Source: Macrostomum lignano (Eukaryota). Taken from it: 64,000 nucleotides of DNA. The DNA lies in assembly GCA_002269645.1 (NCBI GenBank), contig NIVC01000910.1, positions 198,944 to 262,943 on the forward strand. Direction: 5' to 3'. Positions 15,199 to 26,858 of the stretch are shown piece after piece; the stretch's first letter is position 1; each line of letters begins with the position of its first letter. A program made the position numbers and the translations under genes. The notes below the pieces were generated by a model. That model searched no databases and was not told the origin of the DNA. It saw nothing but the letters and a program-made list of their open reading frames with translations.

Positions 15199-15590
15199 AG
15201 CTGCCATATTTGAGAACATCTTCTCCAAGAATCCGCTGGATTTGCATCGCCTTCGCGACGAAGCCTTCAACGGCTGTCCGAGTGCGGCAGCCATCGGGCA
15301 GTCACCTGGCGCCTGCTGCTCGGCTACCTGGACCCCAGACCGGCCGAGTGGCCTGCTCACCTGGCCAAAATGCGCAGCCTCTACGATCAGTACGTCGAAG
15401 AAGTCATCCTGCAGCCGGATGAGGAACGCCAGGGTGCCAGTGTTGAAGGCTCCGGCGGCGATCATCCGCTGAATTTGAATCCCAACAGCCAGTGGGCCAA
15501 GCACTTCGAGGATAACGAGACTCTGCAGCAGATTGACAAGGATTGCCGCCGGCTGTGCCCCGATCTGAACTTCTTTCAGCAGGCTAGTCG
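15199..15590 (+). CDS. TBC1D13: TBC1 domain family member 13 (Rab-GAP), exon containing an apparent -1 frameshift near 15278
   Basis: AAIFENIFSKNPLDLHRLRDEAFNGCP then, one base shifted, ECGSHRAVTWRLLLGYL...DHPLNLNPNSQWAKHFEDNETLQQIDKDCRRLCPDLNFFQ, matching TBC1D13 (DHPLNPNPDSRW..DNEVLLQIDKDVRRLCPD). Acceptor ccacag|A and donor CG|gtaagt. Confidence 0.9.
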
Positions 15591-15769
15591 GTAAGTTTTT
15601 GGCCTAGGTATTCTGAACTAATTAATGCCAGGGACCTATTCCCAACTTAAAAATTGCACCTAAAAATAGGACTCAAGACACAATTTCGACCGCAAATAAA
15701 AAAATGGGCCAATATGCAAAAATAGAAAATTGTATTCTGCAAAAAACGAATCTTTGGCAAATTAGTTAA

Positions 15770-16102
15770 GATTCAAGTCTTGTCAGGTATTGACGGCGGG
15801 TGCTGACAATCCAGCTGTTTATTTAGAATCTGATAAAATTAAATCTTGTCAGGCATTGGCGGGTGCTGACAATCCAGCTGTTTATTTAGAATCTGATAAA
15901 ATTAAATCTTGTCAGGCATTGGCGGGTGCTGACAATCCAGCTGTTTATTTAGATTCTGACAAGTTCAAATCTTGTCAGGCATTGACAGCGGGTGCTGACA
16001 ATACAGCTGTTTATTTAGAATTTGACAAGTTCAAATCTTGTCAGGCATTGGCGGGTGCTGACAATCCAGCTGTTTATTTAAAATCTGACAAGTTCAAATC
16101 TG
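15770..16102 (+). repeat. 63-66 bp tandem repeat, about 5 copies, in a TBC1D13 intron
   Basis: Unit ggcattggcgggtgctgacaatccagctgtttatttagaatctgataaaattaaatcttgtca. Confidence 0.9.
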
Positions 16103-16139
16103 ATAGGTGCATTAGGATATGAAAATCTTTTTTCACCAG

Positions 16140-16383
16140 CTGGCCGAGACGACGGCAAGCCTCGCTGCGGCACCGCGTAGAGACCGGGCTGCTTGAGGCG
16201 CAGACGTTCGGCCGCAGCCAGTTCGGCGTCAACACCCTGCTGGCCCGGCCCGCCAGGCGGCGCAACTCGGACATGTTTCGGCTGCCGGAGGGCCAGGAGG
16301 CCCACTGGGAGGTCTGCGAGCGGCTGCTGTTTCTCTATACTAAACTCAACCCTGGACAGGGCTACGTACAAGGAATGAACGAG
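16140..16383 (+). CDS. TBC1D13: TBC1D13 exon (missing from the ORF track in this frame)
   Basis: Acceptor tttttcaccag|C. Encodes WPRRRQASLRHRVETG...PEGQEAHWEVCERLLFLYTKLNPGQGYVQGMNE, including the TBC glutamine-finger YxQGMNE. Donor GAG|gtgagc. Confidence 0.93.
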
Positions 16384-16403
16384 GTGAGCATTCTATCTGA
16401 ATC

Positions 16404-17170
16404 TGCTCAAACAGTGAGAACTCAGAGACTGCTGCTCAAACAGTGAGAACTCAGGGACTGCTGCTCAAACAGTGAGAACTCAGAGACTGCTGCTCAAACA
16501 GTAAGAGCTCAGAGACTGCTGCTCAAACAGTGAGACTCAGAGACTGCTGCTCAAACAGTGAGACTCAGAGACTGCTGCTCAAACAGTGAGAACTCAGGGA
16601 CTGCTGCTCAAACAGTGAGAGCTCAGAGACTGCTGCTCAAACAGTGAGACTCAGAGACTGCTGCTTAAACAGTGAGACTCAGAGACTGCTGCTCAAACAG
16701 TGAGAACTCAGGGACTGCTGCTCAAACAGTAAGAACTCAGGGACTGCTGCTCAAACAGTGAGAACTCAGGGACTGCTGCTCAAACAGTGAGAACTCAGGG
16801 ACTGCTGCTCAAACAGTGAGAACTCAGGGACTGCTACTCAAACAGTGAGAACTCAGGGACTGCTGCTCAAACAGTGAGACTCAGAGACTGCTGCTTAAAC
16901 AGTGAGACTCAGAGACTGCTGCTCAAACAGTGAGAACTCAGGGACTGCTGCTCAAACAGTAAGAACTCAGGGACTGCTGCTCAAACAGTGAGAACTCAGG
17001 GACTGCTGCTCAAACAGTGAGAACTCAGGGACTGCTACTCAAACAGTGAGAACTCAGGGACTGCTACTCAAACAGTGAGAACTCAGGGACTGCTGCTCAA
17101 ACAGTGAGACTCAGAGACTGCTGCTCAAACAGTGAGACTCAGAGACTGCTGCTCAAACAGTGAGAACTCA
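16404..17170 (+). repeat. 28/29-bp minisatellite, about 26 copies, filling a TBC1D13 intron
   Basis: Unit ctgctgctcaaacagtgagaactcaggga. Confidence 0.95.
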
Positions 17171-17229
17171 TTGAAAATTTAATGGAACAGGGAAACAGTG
17201 AAACAGTCATGAAAATTCCCCATTTGCAG

Positions 17230-17667
17230 GTCCTCGGTCCCATCTACTACGTACTGGCCAGCGATCCCAATCCGGACTGGGCCGCCCACGCAGAGCCGGA
17301 CGCGTTCTTCTGTTTCACATCGCTAATGTCGGAGATTCGCGACCACTTCATCAAGGAGCTGGACTCCAGCCAGTCCGGAATCCAGGGCCGCATGCGCCAG
17401 TTCCAGGCCCGTCTGAGACTGCTGGACCTGCCGCTGCACAGTCGCCTCACTCAGCTGGGCTTGAAGTCGGAGTTCTACGCCTTCCGCTACCTCACCCTGC
17501 TGCTGTCTCAGGAGTTCCGCCTGCCCGACCTGCTGCGCGTGTGGGACTCCCTGCTGGCAGATCCACAGCGGTTCAACTTCCTGCTGGACGTCTGCTGCGC
17601 CATGCTGGTGCTTATCCGAGACCAGCTGCTGGCTGCCGACTTCTCCGACTGCATGCGGCTGGTGCAG
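17230..17667 (+). CDS. TBC1D13: TBC1D13 exon
   Basis: VLGPIYYVLASDPNPDWAAHAEPDAFFCFTSLMSEIRDHFIKELD...FYAFRYLTLLLSQEFRLPDLLRVWDSLLAD..RFNFLLDVCCAML. Acceptor ttgcag|GTC and donor CAG|gtgagc. Confidence 0.95.
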
Positions 17668-17701
17668 GTGAGCTGCCAACTGGGCTATGGAGTGCTGGTT
17701 G

Positions 17702-19666
17702 CTCAGTTGCTGGGCCAGCCTCCCAGATCCTCAGTTGCTGGGCCACAATCCCAGATTCTCAGTTGCTTGGCCTCAATCCCAGATCCTCAGCTTCGGGGCC
17801 AGCCTCCCTAGATCCTCAGTTGCTTGGACAGCCTCCCAGATCCTCAGCTTCGGAGCCAGCCTCCCAGATCCTCAGCTTCGGAGCCAGCCTCCCAGATCCT
17901 CAGTTGCTTGGACAGCCTCCCAGATCCTCAGTTACTGGGCCACCAGCCTCTCAGATCCTCAGTTGCTGGGCGAGGTTCCCAGATCCTCGGTTGCTGGGCC
18001 AGCCTCCCAGATCCTCAGTTGCTGGGCCAGCCTCTCAGATCCTCAGTTGCTGGGCGAGATTCCCAGATCCTCAGTTGCTGGGCCAGCCTCCCAGATCCCC
18101 AGTTTCTTGGCCAGCCTCCCAGATCCTGAGTTACTGGGCCACCAGCCTCCCAGATCCTCAGTTGCTGGGCCAGCCTCCCAGATCCTCAGTTGCTGGGCCA
18201 GCCTCCCAGATCCTTAGTTGCTGGGCCAGCCTCCCAGATCCTCAGTTGCTGGGCCAGCCTCCCAGATCCTTAGCTGCTGGGCCAGCCTCCCAGATCCTCA
18301 GTTGCTGGTCCAGCCTCCCAGATCCTTAGCTGCTGGGCCAGCCTTCCAGATCTTCGGTTGCTGGGCCAGCCTTCCAGATCCTCGGTTGCTGGGCCAGCCT
18401 CCCAGATCCCCAGTTTCTGGGCCAGCCTCCCAGATCCTGAGTTACTGGGCCACCAGCCTCCCAGATCCTCAGTTGCTGAGCCAGCCTCCCAGATCCTCGG
18501 TTGCTGGGCCAGCCTCCCAGATCCTCGGTTGCAGTGCCAGCCTCCCAGATCCTCAGTTGCTTGGACAGCCTCCCAGATCCTTAGTTGCTGGGCCAGCCTC
18601 CCAGATCCTCAGTTGCTGGTCCAGCCTCCCAGATCCTCGGTTGCTGAGCCAGCCTCCCAGATCCTCAGTTGCTGGGCCAGCCTCCCAGATCCTCGGTTGC
18701 AGTGCCAGCCTCCCAGAGTGTCAGTTGCTGGGCCAGCCTCCCAGATCCTCGGTTGCTGGGCCAGCCTCCCAGATCCTCGGTTGCTGGGCCAGCCTCCCAG
18801 ATCCTCGGTTGCTGGGCCAGCCTCCCAGATCCTCGGTTGCTGGGCCAGCCTCCCAGGTCCTCAGTTGCTGGGCCAGCCTCCCAGATCCTCGGTTGCTGGG
18901 CCAGCCTCCCAGATCCTCAGTTGCTGAGCCAGCCTCCCAGATCCTCAGTTGCTGGGCCAGCCTCCCAGATCCTCAGTTGCTGAGCCAGCCTCCCAGATCC
19001 TCAATTGCTGGGCCAGCCTCCCAGATCCTCGGTTGCTGTGCCAGCCTCCCAGATCCTCGGTTGCTGTGCCAGCCTCCCAGATCCTCAGTTGCTTGGACAG
19101 CCTCCCAGATCCTTAGTTGCTGGGCCAGCCTCCCAGATCCTCGGTTGCAGTGCCAGCCTCCCAGATCCTCAGTTGCTTGGACAGCCTCCCAGATCCTTAG
19201 TTGCTGGGCCAGCCTCCCAGATCCTCAGTTGCTGGTCCAGCCTCCCAGATCCTCGGTTGCTGGGCCAGCCTCCCAGATCCTCAGTTGCTGGGCCAGCCTC
19301 TCAGATCCTCGGTTGCAGTGCCAGCCTCCCAGATCCTCAGTTGCTGGGCCAGCCTCCCAGATCCTCAGTTGCTGGGCCACCCTCCCAGATCCTCAGTTGC
19401 TGGGCCAACCTCCCAGATCCTCAGTTGCTGGGCCAGCCTCCCAGATCCTCGGTTGCTGGGCCAGCCTCCCAGATCCTCAGTTGCTGGGCCAGCCTCCCAG
19501 GTCCTCAGTTGCTGGGCCAGCCTCCCAGATCCTCGGTTGCTGGGCCAGCCTCCCAGATCCTCAGTTGCTGGGCCAGCCTCCCAGATCCTCGGTTGCTGGG
19601 CCAGCCTCTCAGATCCCCAGTTGCTGGGCCAGCCTCCCAGATCCCCAGTTGCTGGGCCAGCCTCCC
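17702..19666 (+). repeat. 28-bp minisatellite (family A), about 70 copies
   Basis: Unit ctgggccagcctcccagatcctcagttg. Three units equal 28 codons, which explains the repetitive PQLLGQPPRSSVAGPASQILSCWASLPD ORFs in all three frames. Confidence 0.97.
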
Positions 19667-19715
19667 TCACCATCAAAAAGTTCAGCTATAACAATCATCA
19701 ACCCACCGCCCCCAG

Positions 19716-19913
19716 AATTACCCGTACGCGGACGTGCGCCAAATCCTGGCCAAGGCGCACGAGTTCTACACTCGCCGGCCCCACAACGCTGCCTCCGCTA
19801 GCGGCGCCCCGTCGAGCGCGCCAGGCCGTCCGGCAGGCGCGCTGGGCTCCTTCGACTCTCAGGATGGCGCTGTCGATGCCGAAGACTCGACTGCCAGCGA
19901 GGCGGGAATTTGA
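19716..19913 (+). CDS. TBC1D13: TBC1D13 last coding exon
   Basis: Acceptor cccccag|AAT. NYPYADVRQILAKAHEF parallels DYPITDVCQILQKAKEL and is followed by a low-complexity tail. TGA at 19911-19913. Confidence 0.88.
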   Translation, partial: NYPYADVRQILAKAHEFYTRRPHNAASASGAPSSAPGRPAGALGSFDSQDGAVDAEDSTASEAGI

Positions 19914-20267
19914 AGATAACCCGCTTCTAAAGTACTGTTAGTAGTGCGTTTTTTATTTGCTCACTTTAATCCGCACCGCTTCTATCTCTGAATGATTGCA
20001 ACATTTTCGCAAGTATAGGGGCTTAACTTTTGATTTCAAAGATTTTATAGGCTGAATCTTAAGTTTTTAAGCTTTAAATTTGAGTTTAGAATCTCTATAT
20101 TCAGTGTAGAAGTCCATTGATTGGATGTTTAAGTAAATTATTAAGCATATATATTCGACTTGGAAGTCCCTAGATTCGGCGTGTGAATCCTTAGGACTCG
20201 GTGTGCTCTTCCCTTAGAGATGGATTGGTAATTCTTTAAATTAGGTGAAAGTATACATTCGCTGTGT

Positions 20268-21055
20268 TAATCTATTGTAAATCTGTAGATTAAGTGTGTA
20301 AATCTGCAGATAGGGTGTGTAAATCTATAGACTCGGTGTGTGAATCGATAGACTCGGTGTGTAAATCTGTAGACTCGGTGTGTAAATCTATAGACTCGGT
20401 GATTAAATCTATAGACTCGGTGTGTAAATCTACAGATTCGGTGTGTAAATCTACAGATTCTGTGTGTAAATCTACAGACTCGGTGTGTAAATCTATAGAC
20501 TCGGTGTGTAAATCTACAGATTCTGTGTGTAAATCTACAGATTCGGTGTGTAAATCTACAGATTCGGTGTGTAAATCTACAGATTCGGTGTGTAAATCTA
20601 CAGATTCGGTGTGTAAATCTACAGATTCGGTGTGTAAATCTACAGATTCTGTGTGTAAATCTACAGATTCGGTGTGTAAATCTACAGATTCGGTGTGTAA
20701 ATCTACAGATTCGGTGTGTAAATCTACAGATTCGGTGTGTAAATCTACAGATTCGGTGTGTAAATCTACAGATTCGGTGTGTAAATCTACAGATTCGGTG
20801 TGTAAATCTACAGATTCGGTATACAACAACAACAACAAAATACGCGACCCCGCATGCACAGTCACAGTTAGAGCAGGGCGCGTCAGATGGCGCGCCGCAG
20901 AGCCTGGGAGCGAACAAAGTCAGATTCGGTATGTAAATCTATAGACTCGGTGTGCAAATCTATAGACTCGGTGTGTAAATCTATAGACTCGGTGAGTAAA
21001 TCTATAGACTCGGTGTGTAAATCTATAGACTCGGTGTGTAAATCTATAGTAAATC
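20268..21055. repeat. 21-bp minisatellite interrupted by a unique GC-rich island (about 20821-20920)
   Basis: Unit gtgtgtaaatctacagattcg with ..tatagactcg variants. Confidence 0.95.
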
Positions 21056-21984
21056 TCTACATTCGAATCTGGAAGTGTCAATATTCCGCGGATAACTGCA
21101 TAAAATGAATGTCATAAATGACCCGTGAAGAATCAGTTAAAGTCAGAGTATTTGTGGACTAGATATTAACTGTTTCATATTATTATTCCCGAGCTCAAGC
21201 CAATGCTCGATGACTGACTTTAGCCGAATTCGGTCAATCAAGAATTGCATCATATTCTGCTCTCGTTTGCCGAAATAAAAATTCGGTTTCGTAAATTTTT
21301 CATGTACCTTGTTGTTGCGTTCAAATCGGTTTTCTTGCTACCATAGTACTATGTGATGAATTGTGATATCTAAATTAATTTCACGCACTTATCATGGCTA
21401 CTCTGTTGGATGATTGAACTCAAATTCAATTTCATTTGTGTCACTTATTCACGGAAACAGTGCCAAGTTACATTCAAGGTCATCAGGTAAAGTTATAATT
21501 GCGTATTTAAAACAGTAGTATTTCATTTGAACAAAAATACTTGGCATTCCTACTGTTAGTAATATAAAATTGTGCCTTGGTAAGATTGTTAATTGTTAAT
21601 AAACCAGTGTCATATTGCTGTTGATTTGCTTGCCTTACTTTATCGATTATTATCAATATGGTGCTTTTAATTGAATTTATATTGATTGCAATAATTGTCT
21701 CTAATTCTATGCTTGCTACTTGTTAGTAGTAGAGCTAATCAACTTCTTTTCAGTGTTTTCAGGTTTTTTTCTGAGTTAAAGAAGCTTAAATTGGTCAAAC
21801 TAGCGTAAATAAATAATTAATTAATGTATAACAGACCATTTTTCCCGATTCGTAGTATTCTTCCTTTTGCCGCTGAAACTGAGCAGAGCTCAAATAATTA
21901 CTCATATTTCAGTCGATAGTCTGATGTGTTCTTTTTTAATTCTTTGATGTTGTAAGCCTGTCCTGAGAATCTAGAAAACTTTCC

Positions 21985-22585
21985 GCGAAATCTGGAATGT
22001 TCTCTCCGAAATCTGGAATGTTCACTCCGAAATCTGGAATGTTCTCTCCGAAATCTGGAATGTTCACTCCGAAATCTGGAATGTTCTCTCCGAAATCTGG
22101 AATGTTCACTCCGAAATCTGGAATGTTCTCTCCGAAATCTGGAATGTTCTCTCCGAAATCTGGAATGTTCTCTCCGAAATCTGGAATGTTCACTCCGAAA
22201 TCTGGAATGTTAACTCCGAAATCTGGAATGTTAACTCCGAAATCTGGAATGTTCTCTCCGAAATCTGGAATGTTCACTCCGAAATCTGGAATGTTCTGTC
22301 CGAAATCTGGAATGTTCTCTCCGAAATCTGGAACGTTCTCTCCGAAATCTGGAATGTTCACTCCGAAATCTGGAATGTTCTGTCCGAAATCTGGAATGTT
22401 CTCTCCGAAATCTGGAATGTTCTCTCCGAAATCTGGAATGTTCTCTCCGAAATCTGGAACGTTCTCTCCGAAATCTGGAATGTTCTGTCCGAAATCTGGA
22501 ATGTTCTCTCCGAAATCTGGAACGTTCTCTCCGAAATCTGGAATGTTCACTCCGAAATCTGGAATGTTCTCTCTGAAATCTGGAA
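21985..22585. repeat. 21-bp minisatellite, about 28 copies
   Basis: Unit ccgaaatctggaatgttctct. Confidence 0.97.
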
Positions 22586-22639
22586 TTCATCCGAACTCTA
22601 GAAAGTCCTTATTAATTTTTACTTGCTTTTTTAGAAATC

Positions 22640-22948
22640 TAATAACAATAATAATTGATTACACCTGCCCCAATCGGGCCAGATGTGCAACCCACAGCTT
22701 CGCCGCAGCTATTGCGCGGCGCATCTGAAGGCTGCGTACGGCTGTTCAGTCCAAGGACTGGAGGGTCGCCACACACCCTCAATTACCCCAGTTAATGCTG
22801 GCACCCATTTTACAGCTGGGTGAACTGAAGCAATGCAGAGTTAAGTGTCATGCTCAAGGACGCAAATGGTTCCGAATGGGTCGAGAATCGAACCCCCGAC
22901 CTTTCAGTCGTGAGTCCGACGCTCTAACCACAAGGCTACTGCAGCCCC
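22640..22948 (-). mobile_element. tRNA-derived SINE with a Meta-domain-like core
   Basis: Minus-strand tRNA-like head with A-box TAGCCTTGTGGTTAGAGC (22938-22921) and B-box GGTTCGATTC (22894-22885). It is followed by gtccttgagcatgacacttaactctgcattgcttcagttcacccagctgtaaaatgggtgcc, which resembles the recalled MetaSINE core, and ends in a (TTA/TTG)n tail. Confidence 0.75.
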
Positions 22949-22950
22949 CT

Positions 22951-23475
22951 CTATATGAAATCTAGAGAGTTGTATATGAAATCTAGAGAGTTGTATATGA
23001 AATATAGATAGTTCTATATGAAATCTAGAGAGTTCTATATGAAATCTAGAGAGTTCTATATGAAATCTAGAGAGTTCTATATGAAATCTAGAGAGTTCTA
23101 TATGAAATCTAGAGAGTTCTATATGAAATCTAGAGAGTTCTATATGAAATCTAGAGAGTTCTATATGAAATCTAGAGAGTTCTATATGAAATCAAGAGAG
23201 TTCTATATGAAATCTAGAGAGTTCTATATGAAATCTAGAGAGTTCTATATGAAATCTAGAGAGTTCTATATGAAATCTAGAGAGTTCTATATGAAATCTA
23301 GAGAGTTGTATATGAAATCTAGAGAGTTCTATATGAAATCTAGAGAGTTCTATATGAAATCTAGAGAGTTGTATATGAAATCTAGAGAGTTCTATATGAA
23401 ATCTAGAGAGTTGTATATGAAATCTAGAGAGTTCTATATAAAATCTAGAGGGTTCTGTATGAAATCTAGAGAGTA
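22951..23475. repeat. 21-bp minisatellite, about 25 copies
   Basis: Unit atatgaaatctagagagttct. Confidence 0.97.
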
Positions 23476-23869
23476 TCTACGCGTATTTGTGAACTTTGCC
23501 GAAATGAAAGTATGCTAGTAGGTTAGGTAACAGACAGACAGAAGTGACAGAGCAGTCTCTGGCACATTTAATGGTCGTTATTAGACTGAAAATAATTTAC
23601 TGCATGATAACTTGACCAAGCTTATCTCACATTTATACATAATAGACAGGATATCCCTAAGTTGCAGATTGAATAATTATATTGAAGACCTTTAGAGGTC
23701 GCTCCTCTTGCACTATACATTTAGTAGTGGGGTTTTTTGCAGAATAAAAAAATGCGATTTAGTAGATGCGACAGGCAATTGTTAAACTGCATTCTGACTG
23801 CACACTGTGGTCTCTACATTGTTTTTTCTTATTGTTTGCTCGTTAAAACTGCGGGAGGTAACTGGCGCG

Positions 23870-24434
23870 TCACATGCTGAGATAGGCTGCTGGCCCGTGG
23901 CCCCTTGCTTCTTGGTGATGATAGTGCTCCAGGGAGTTGGGATATTGAGACTGCTGATGATGATGCTGGTGATGAAGCTGCTGAGGCTGCAGATTGGGCT
24001 GCTGCTGCTGCCTGCCAGCTGCCGTCGCTGCGTACAGCGACGTTGGAAACGGCAGGCCTGGAAGGACGTGGCCGCCGTAAGCCGCTGCAGCTGCGAACGC
24101 GTTCAGCGACTGCTGCTGGTGCTGATGCTGGTGCTGAGCTGGCATTGGCGAGGGCCCAGTAGCCCAGTTAGGCTGCTGCTGCGACTGCTGCTGCTGCGCG
24201 TTCAGCCTCGAGAGATCGGGCGACTGCAGTGCCGCCTTCCTAACAGCAACTTCCTGGCCGCCCTGGTCCTCGTGCTTCCGCCGTTCAACCCGGCGGAACT
24301 TGGCCCGCCGGTTCTGGAACCAGACCTGGACGCGGGCCTCCGTGAGCCGGATGCTGCGGGCGAGATCCTCGCGAAGGAATGCGTCCGGATAGTGCGTGTG
24401 CTCGAACACGTTCTCCAGGGCGGACAGCTGCGCG
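23870..24434 (-). CDS. PRD-class (Prrx-like, Q50) homeobox gene, exon 3
   Basis: Acceptor caacaacccctag|C. Completes the homeodomain (S)[51 protein letters not shown], closest by recall to Prrx1/2 (..[38 protein letters not shown]). Q/H-rich tail; no OAR motif seen. Confidence 0.92.
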
Positions 24435-25150
24435 CTAGGGGTTGTTGAACGGGGAATTATCGATTAGATGTTGGTTGCATTTTTGATTATTGATCAACAG
24501 TGTCAAATCTCATCCAGAATTTTATCTAATCCACTATGAGAATTTGAGAATCTCAGCGATAAAGCAGCGCCCAAATCTCGCGCCACAGACCCTGGTTCGA
24601 TTCCGTGCTCAAACAAAACTTCCGTGCTTGGTAGGGGGTTGTCGTGGGGGGTTGTGGGACGATGTCGCCGAAGGCATTGTGCCACGGTCTCTATAACCCT
24701 CCTGAAAATATTTATTATTTTTTACCTGGAGATCTCATCTAATCTACATCAAATATGAGACTATTTTGTCTACCTTCGTAATCGTTTTGGCCCATTCAGC
24801 CCTATTCACTGAAAGCACCGTACAGGAATGATTTTACGTAGAGTTCGCACGCACCAGAACAGCGGAGCGGATCCAAATGCAAATCGCTTAGATGTGTGGT
24901 ATCAAATTTCAAACGGCGATACTAAAAGGAAGCGGCTGGCTCTTTGGTGCGGCCTGCGGTCTCAACAGTGCCATAAAAATACGCTCGAAATTTTGGAGCC
25001 AATTCGCTCTATCAGCTCGCTATAGTTACCGACCAATTATCTGCTGATGCAATCTGGCGCAAGTGCACTACTGGCTTTGCGTTTAATCAGCTTTGCTCAA
25101 CCTGATTCCGGCTCCAGATTCCGTCTCAGAATCTCGATACTCGCGCGCTC

Positions 25151-25508
25151 ACCTCCCAGATCCTCAGTTGCTGGGCCAGCCTCACAGATCCTCAGTTGCT
25201 GGGCCAGCCTCACAGATCCTCAGTTGCTGGGCCAGCCTCTCAGATCCTCAGTTTCTGGGCCACCTTCTCAGATCCTCAGTTGCTGGGCCACCCTCTCAGA
25301 TCCTCAGTTTCTGGGCCACCCTCTCAGATCCTCAGTTTCTGGGCCAGCCTCCCAGATCCTCAGTTGCTGGGCCAGCCTCCCAGATCCCCAGTTGCTGGGC
25401 CAGCCTCCCAGATCCTCAGTTGCTGGGCCAGAACCCCAGATTCCCAGTTGCTGGGCCAGCCTCCCAGATCCCCAGTTGCTGGGCCAGCCTCCCAGATCCT
25501 CAGTTGCC
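25151..25508 (+). repeat. 28-bp family A array in homeobox intron 2
   Basis: Same unit as 17702-19666, about 13 copies. Confidence 0.95.
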
Positions 25509-25569
25509 CATCTATATGTCATATGCCGCTTTGCACCGGATGCTGTGAGACACTCTCCAGCCCCCTCAC

Positions 25570-25816
25570 CTGGTAAAGGAAGTCCGGTGTCGCCTGGCCT
25601 TCGCCGAGTCGGCTCGCTTCTCCGTCGGCGACATCGCCGCCGCTGTTTGACCGTCGCCAACAAGCTGGCCCGACATCGCCGTGGCGTTTTGCTTTCCGTC
25701 CAGCATTCCAGCGCCATCATCATCTTCCAGTTCGTCATCTTCTGCGTCCTCGTTGTCTCCGTCGTCAGCTTGATTGTTGGCCGCTGTTGCTGGTGTTGCT
25801 GAAGGTCTGCGGCACG
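25570..25816 (-). CDS. Prrx-like homeobox gene, exon 2
   Basis: Acceptor aaatccacag|CG (phase 1). An acidic stretch is followed by AKARRHRTSFT, the homeodomain N-terminal arm. Donor AG|gtgagg (phase 2); phases fit both neighbouring exons. Confidence 0.88.
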
Positions 25817-25946
25817 CTGTGGATTTAAAAAATATAAAATCACGAACGTTTAATTTCATGTAAAAAAGGAAAACTAAAGCAACTTGGAAAAAATAGTAGT
25901 CCTTGGCAAAAATATTGAACGGGAATATGTCCACCTTGATGTGCTT

Positions 25947-26585
25947 AACCAGATTGCAAGAGACAACCGCCCCCTCTGACCAGATTGCAAGAGACATCCG
26001 CCCCTCTGACCAGATTCCAAGAGACACTCGCCCCCTCTGACCAGATTGCAAGAGAAATCCGCTCCTCTGACCAGATTGCAAGAGACATCCGCCCCCTCTG
26101 ACCAGATTGCAAGAGACATCCGCCCCCTCTGACCAGATTGCAAGAGAAATCCGCTCCTCTGACCAGATTGCAAGAGACATCCGCCCCCTCTGACCAGATT
26201 GCAAGCGACATCCGCCCCCTCTGACCAGATTGCAAGAGAAATCCGCTCCTCTGACCAGATTGCAAGAGACATCCGCCCCCTCTGACCAGATTGCAAGAGA
26301 CATCCGCCCCCTCTGACCAGATTGCAAGAGACATCCGCCCCCTCTGACCAGATTGAAAGAGAAATCCGCTCCTCTGACCAGATTGCAAGAGACATCCGCC
26401 CCCTCTGACCAGATTGCAAGAGACATCCGCCCCCTCTGACCAGATTGCAAGAGACACACTCGCGCTCTGACCAGATTGCAAGAGTCATCCGCCCTGTCTG
26501 ACCAGATTGCAAGAGACACACTCGCCCTCTGACCAGATTGCAAGAGTCATCCGCCCTCTCTGACCAGATTGCAAGAGACATCCGC
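25947..26585. repeat. 30/31-bp minisatellite filling homeobox intron 1
   Basis: Units gaccagattgcaagagacatccgccccctct and gaccagattgcaagagaaatccgctcctct. Confidence 0.95.
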
Positions 26586-26599
26586 CCGAAGGCACGTAC

Positions 26600-26858
26600 C
26601 CAAGCCAGCCGCAGCGTGGTTGCCATCAGCGTCAGGCGAAGTCCTGTTGACGCTGCCTCGCCCGTCGGACTGCATCTCGGAGCTGTCAGTTGACGACGGG
26701 CACCGGCCGGAGGCTGCCGCTGCGGCGGCGACAGCGTTGGCAGCGGCCGGGAAGCAGGGACTGGACTCGGCCACTGCCAGCCAAGTTTGAATTCGGCTGT
26801 CAAGATTGGCCAAGTGGCTGCTCATGCTGAACATGCTGCTGTTTAGATGGCTCGACAT
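26600..26858 (-). CDS. Prrx-like homeobox gene, exon 1
   Basis: ATG at 26858 (MSSHLNSSMFSMSSHLANLDS...). Donor TTG G|gtacgt in phase 1, matching exon 2. Confidence 0.75.

Noticed and set aside
22880-22945. Functional tRNA gene
   Set aside because: The acceptor stem and cloverleaf are incomplete and it runs directly into a SINE body.
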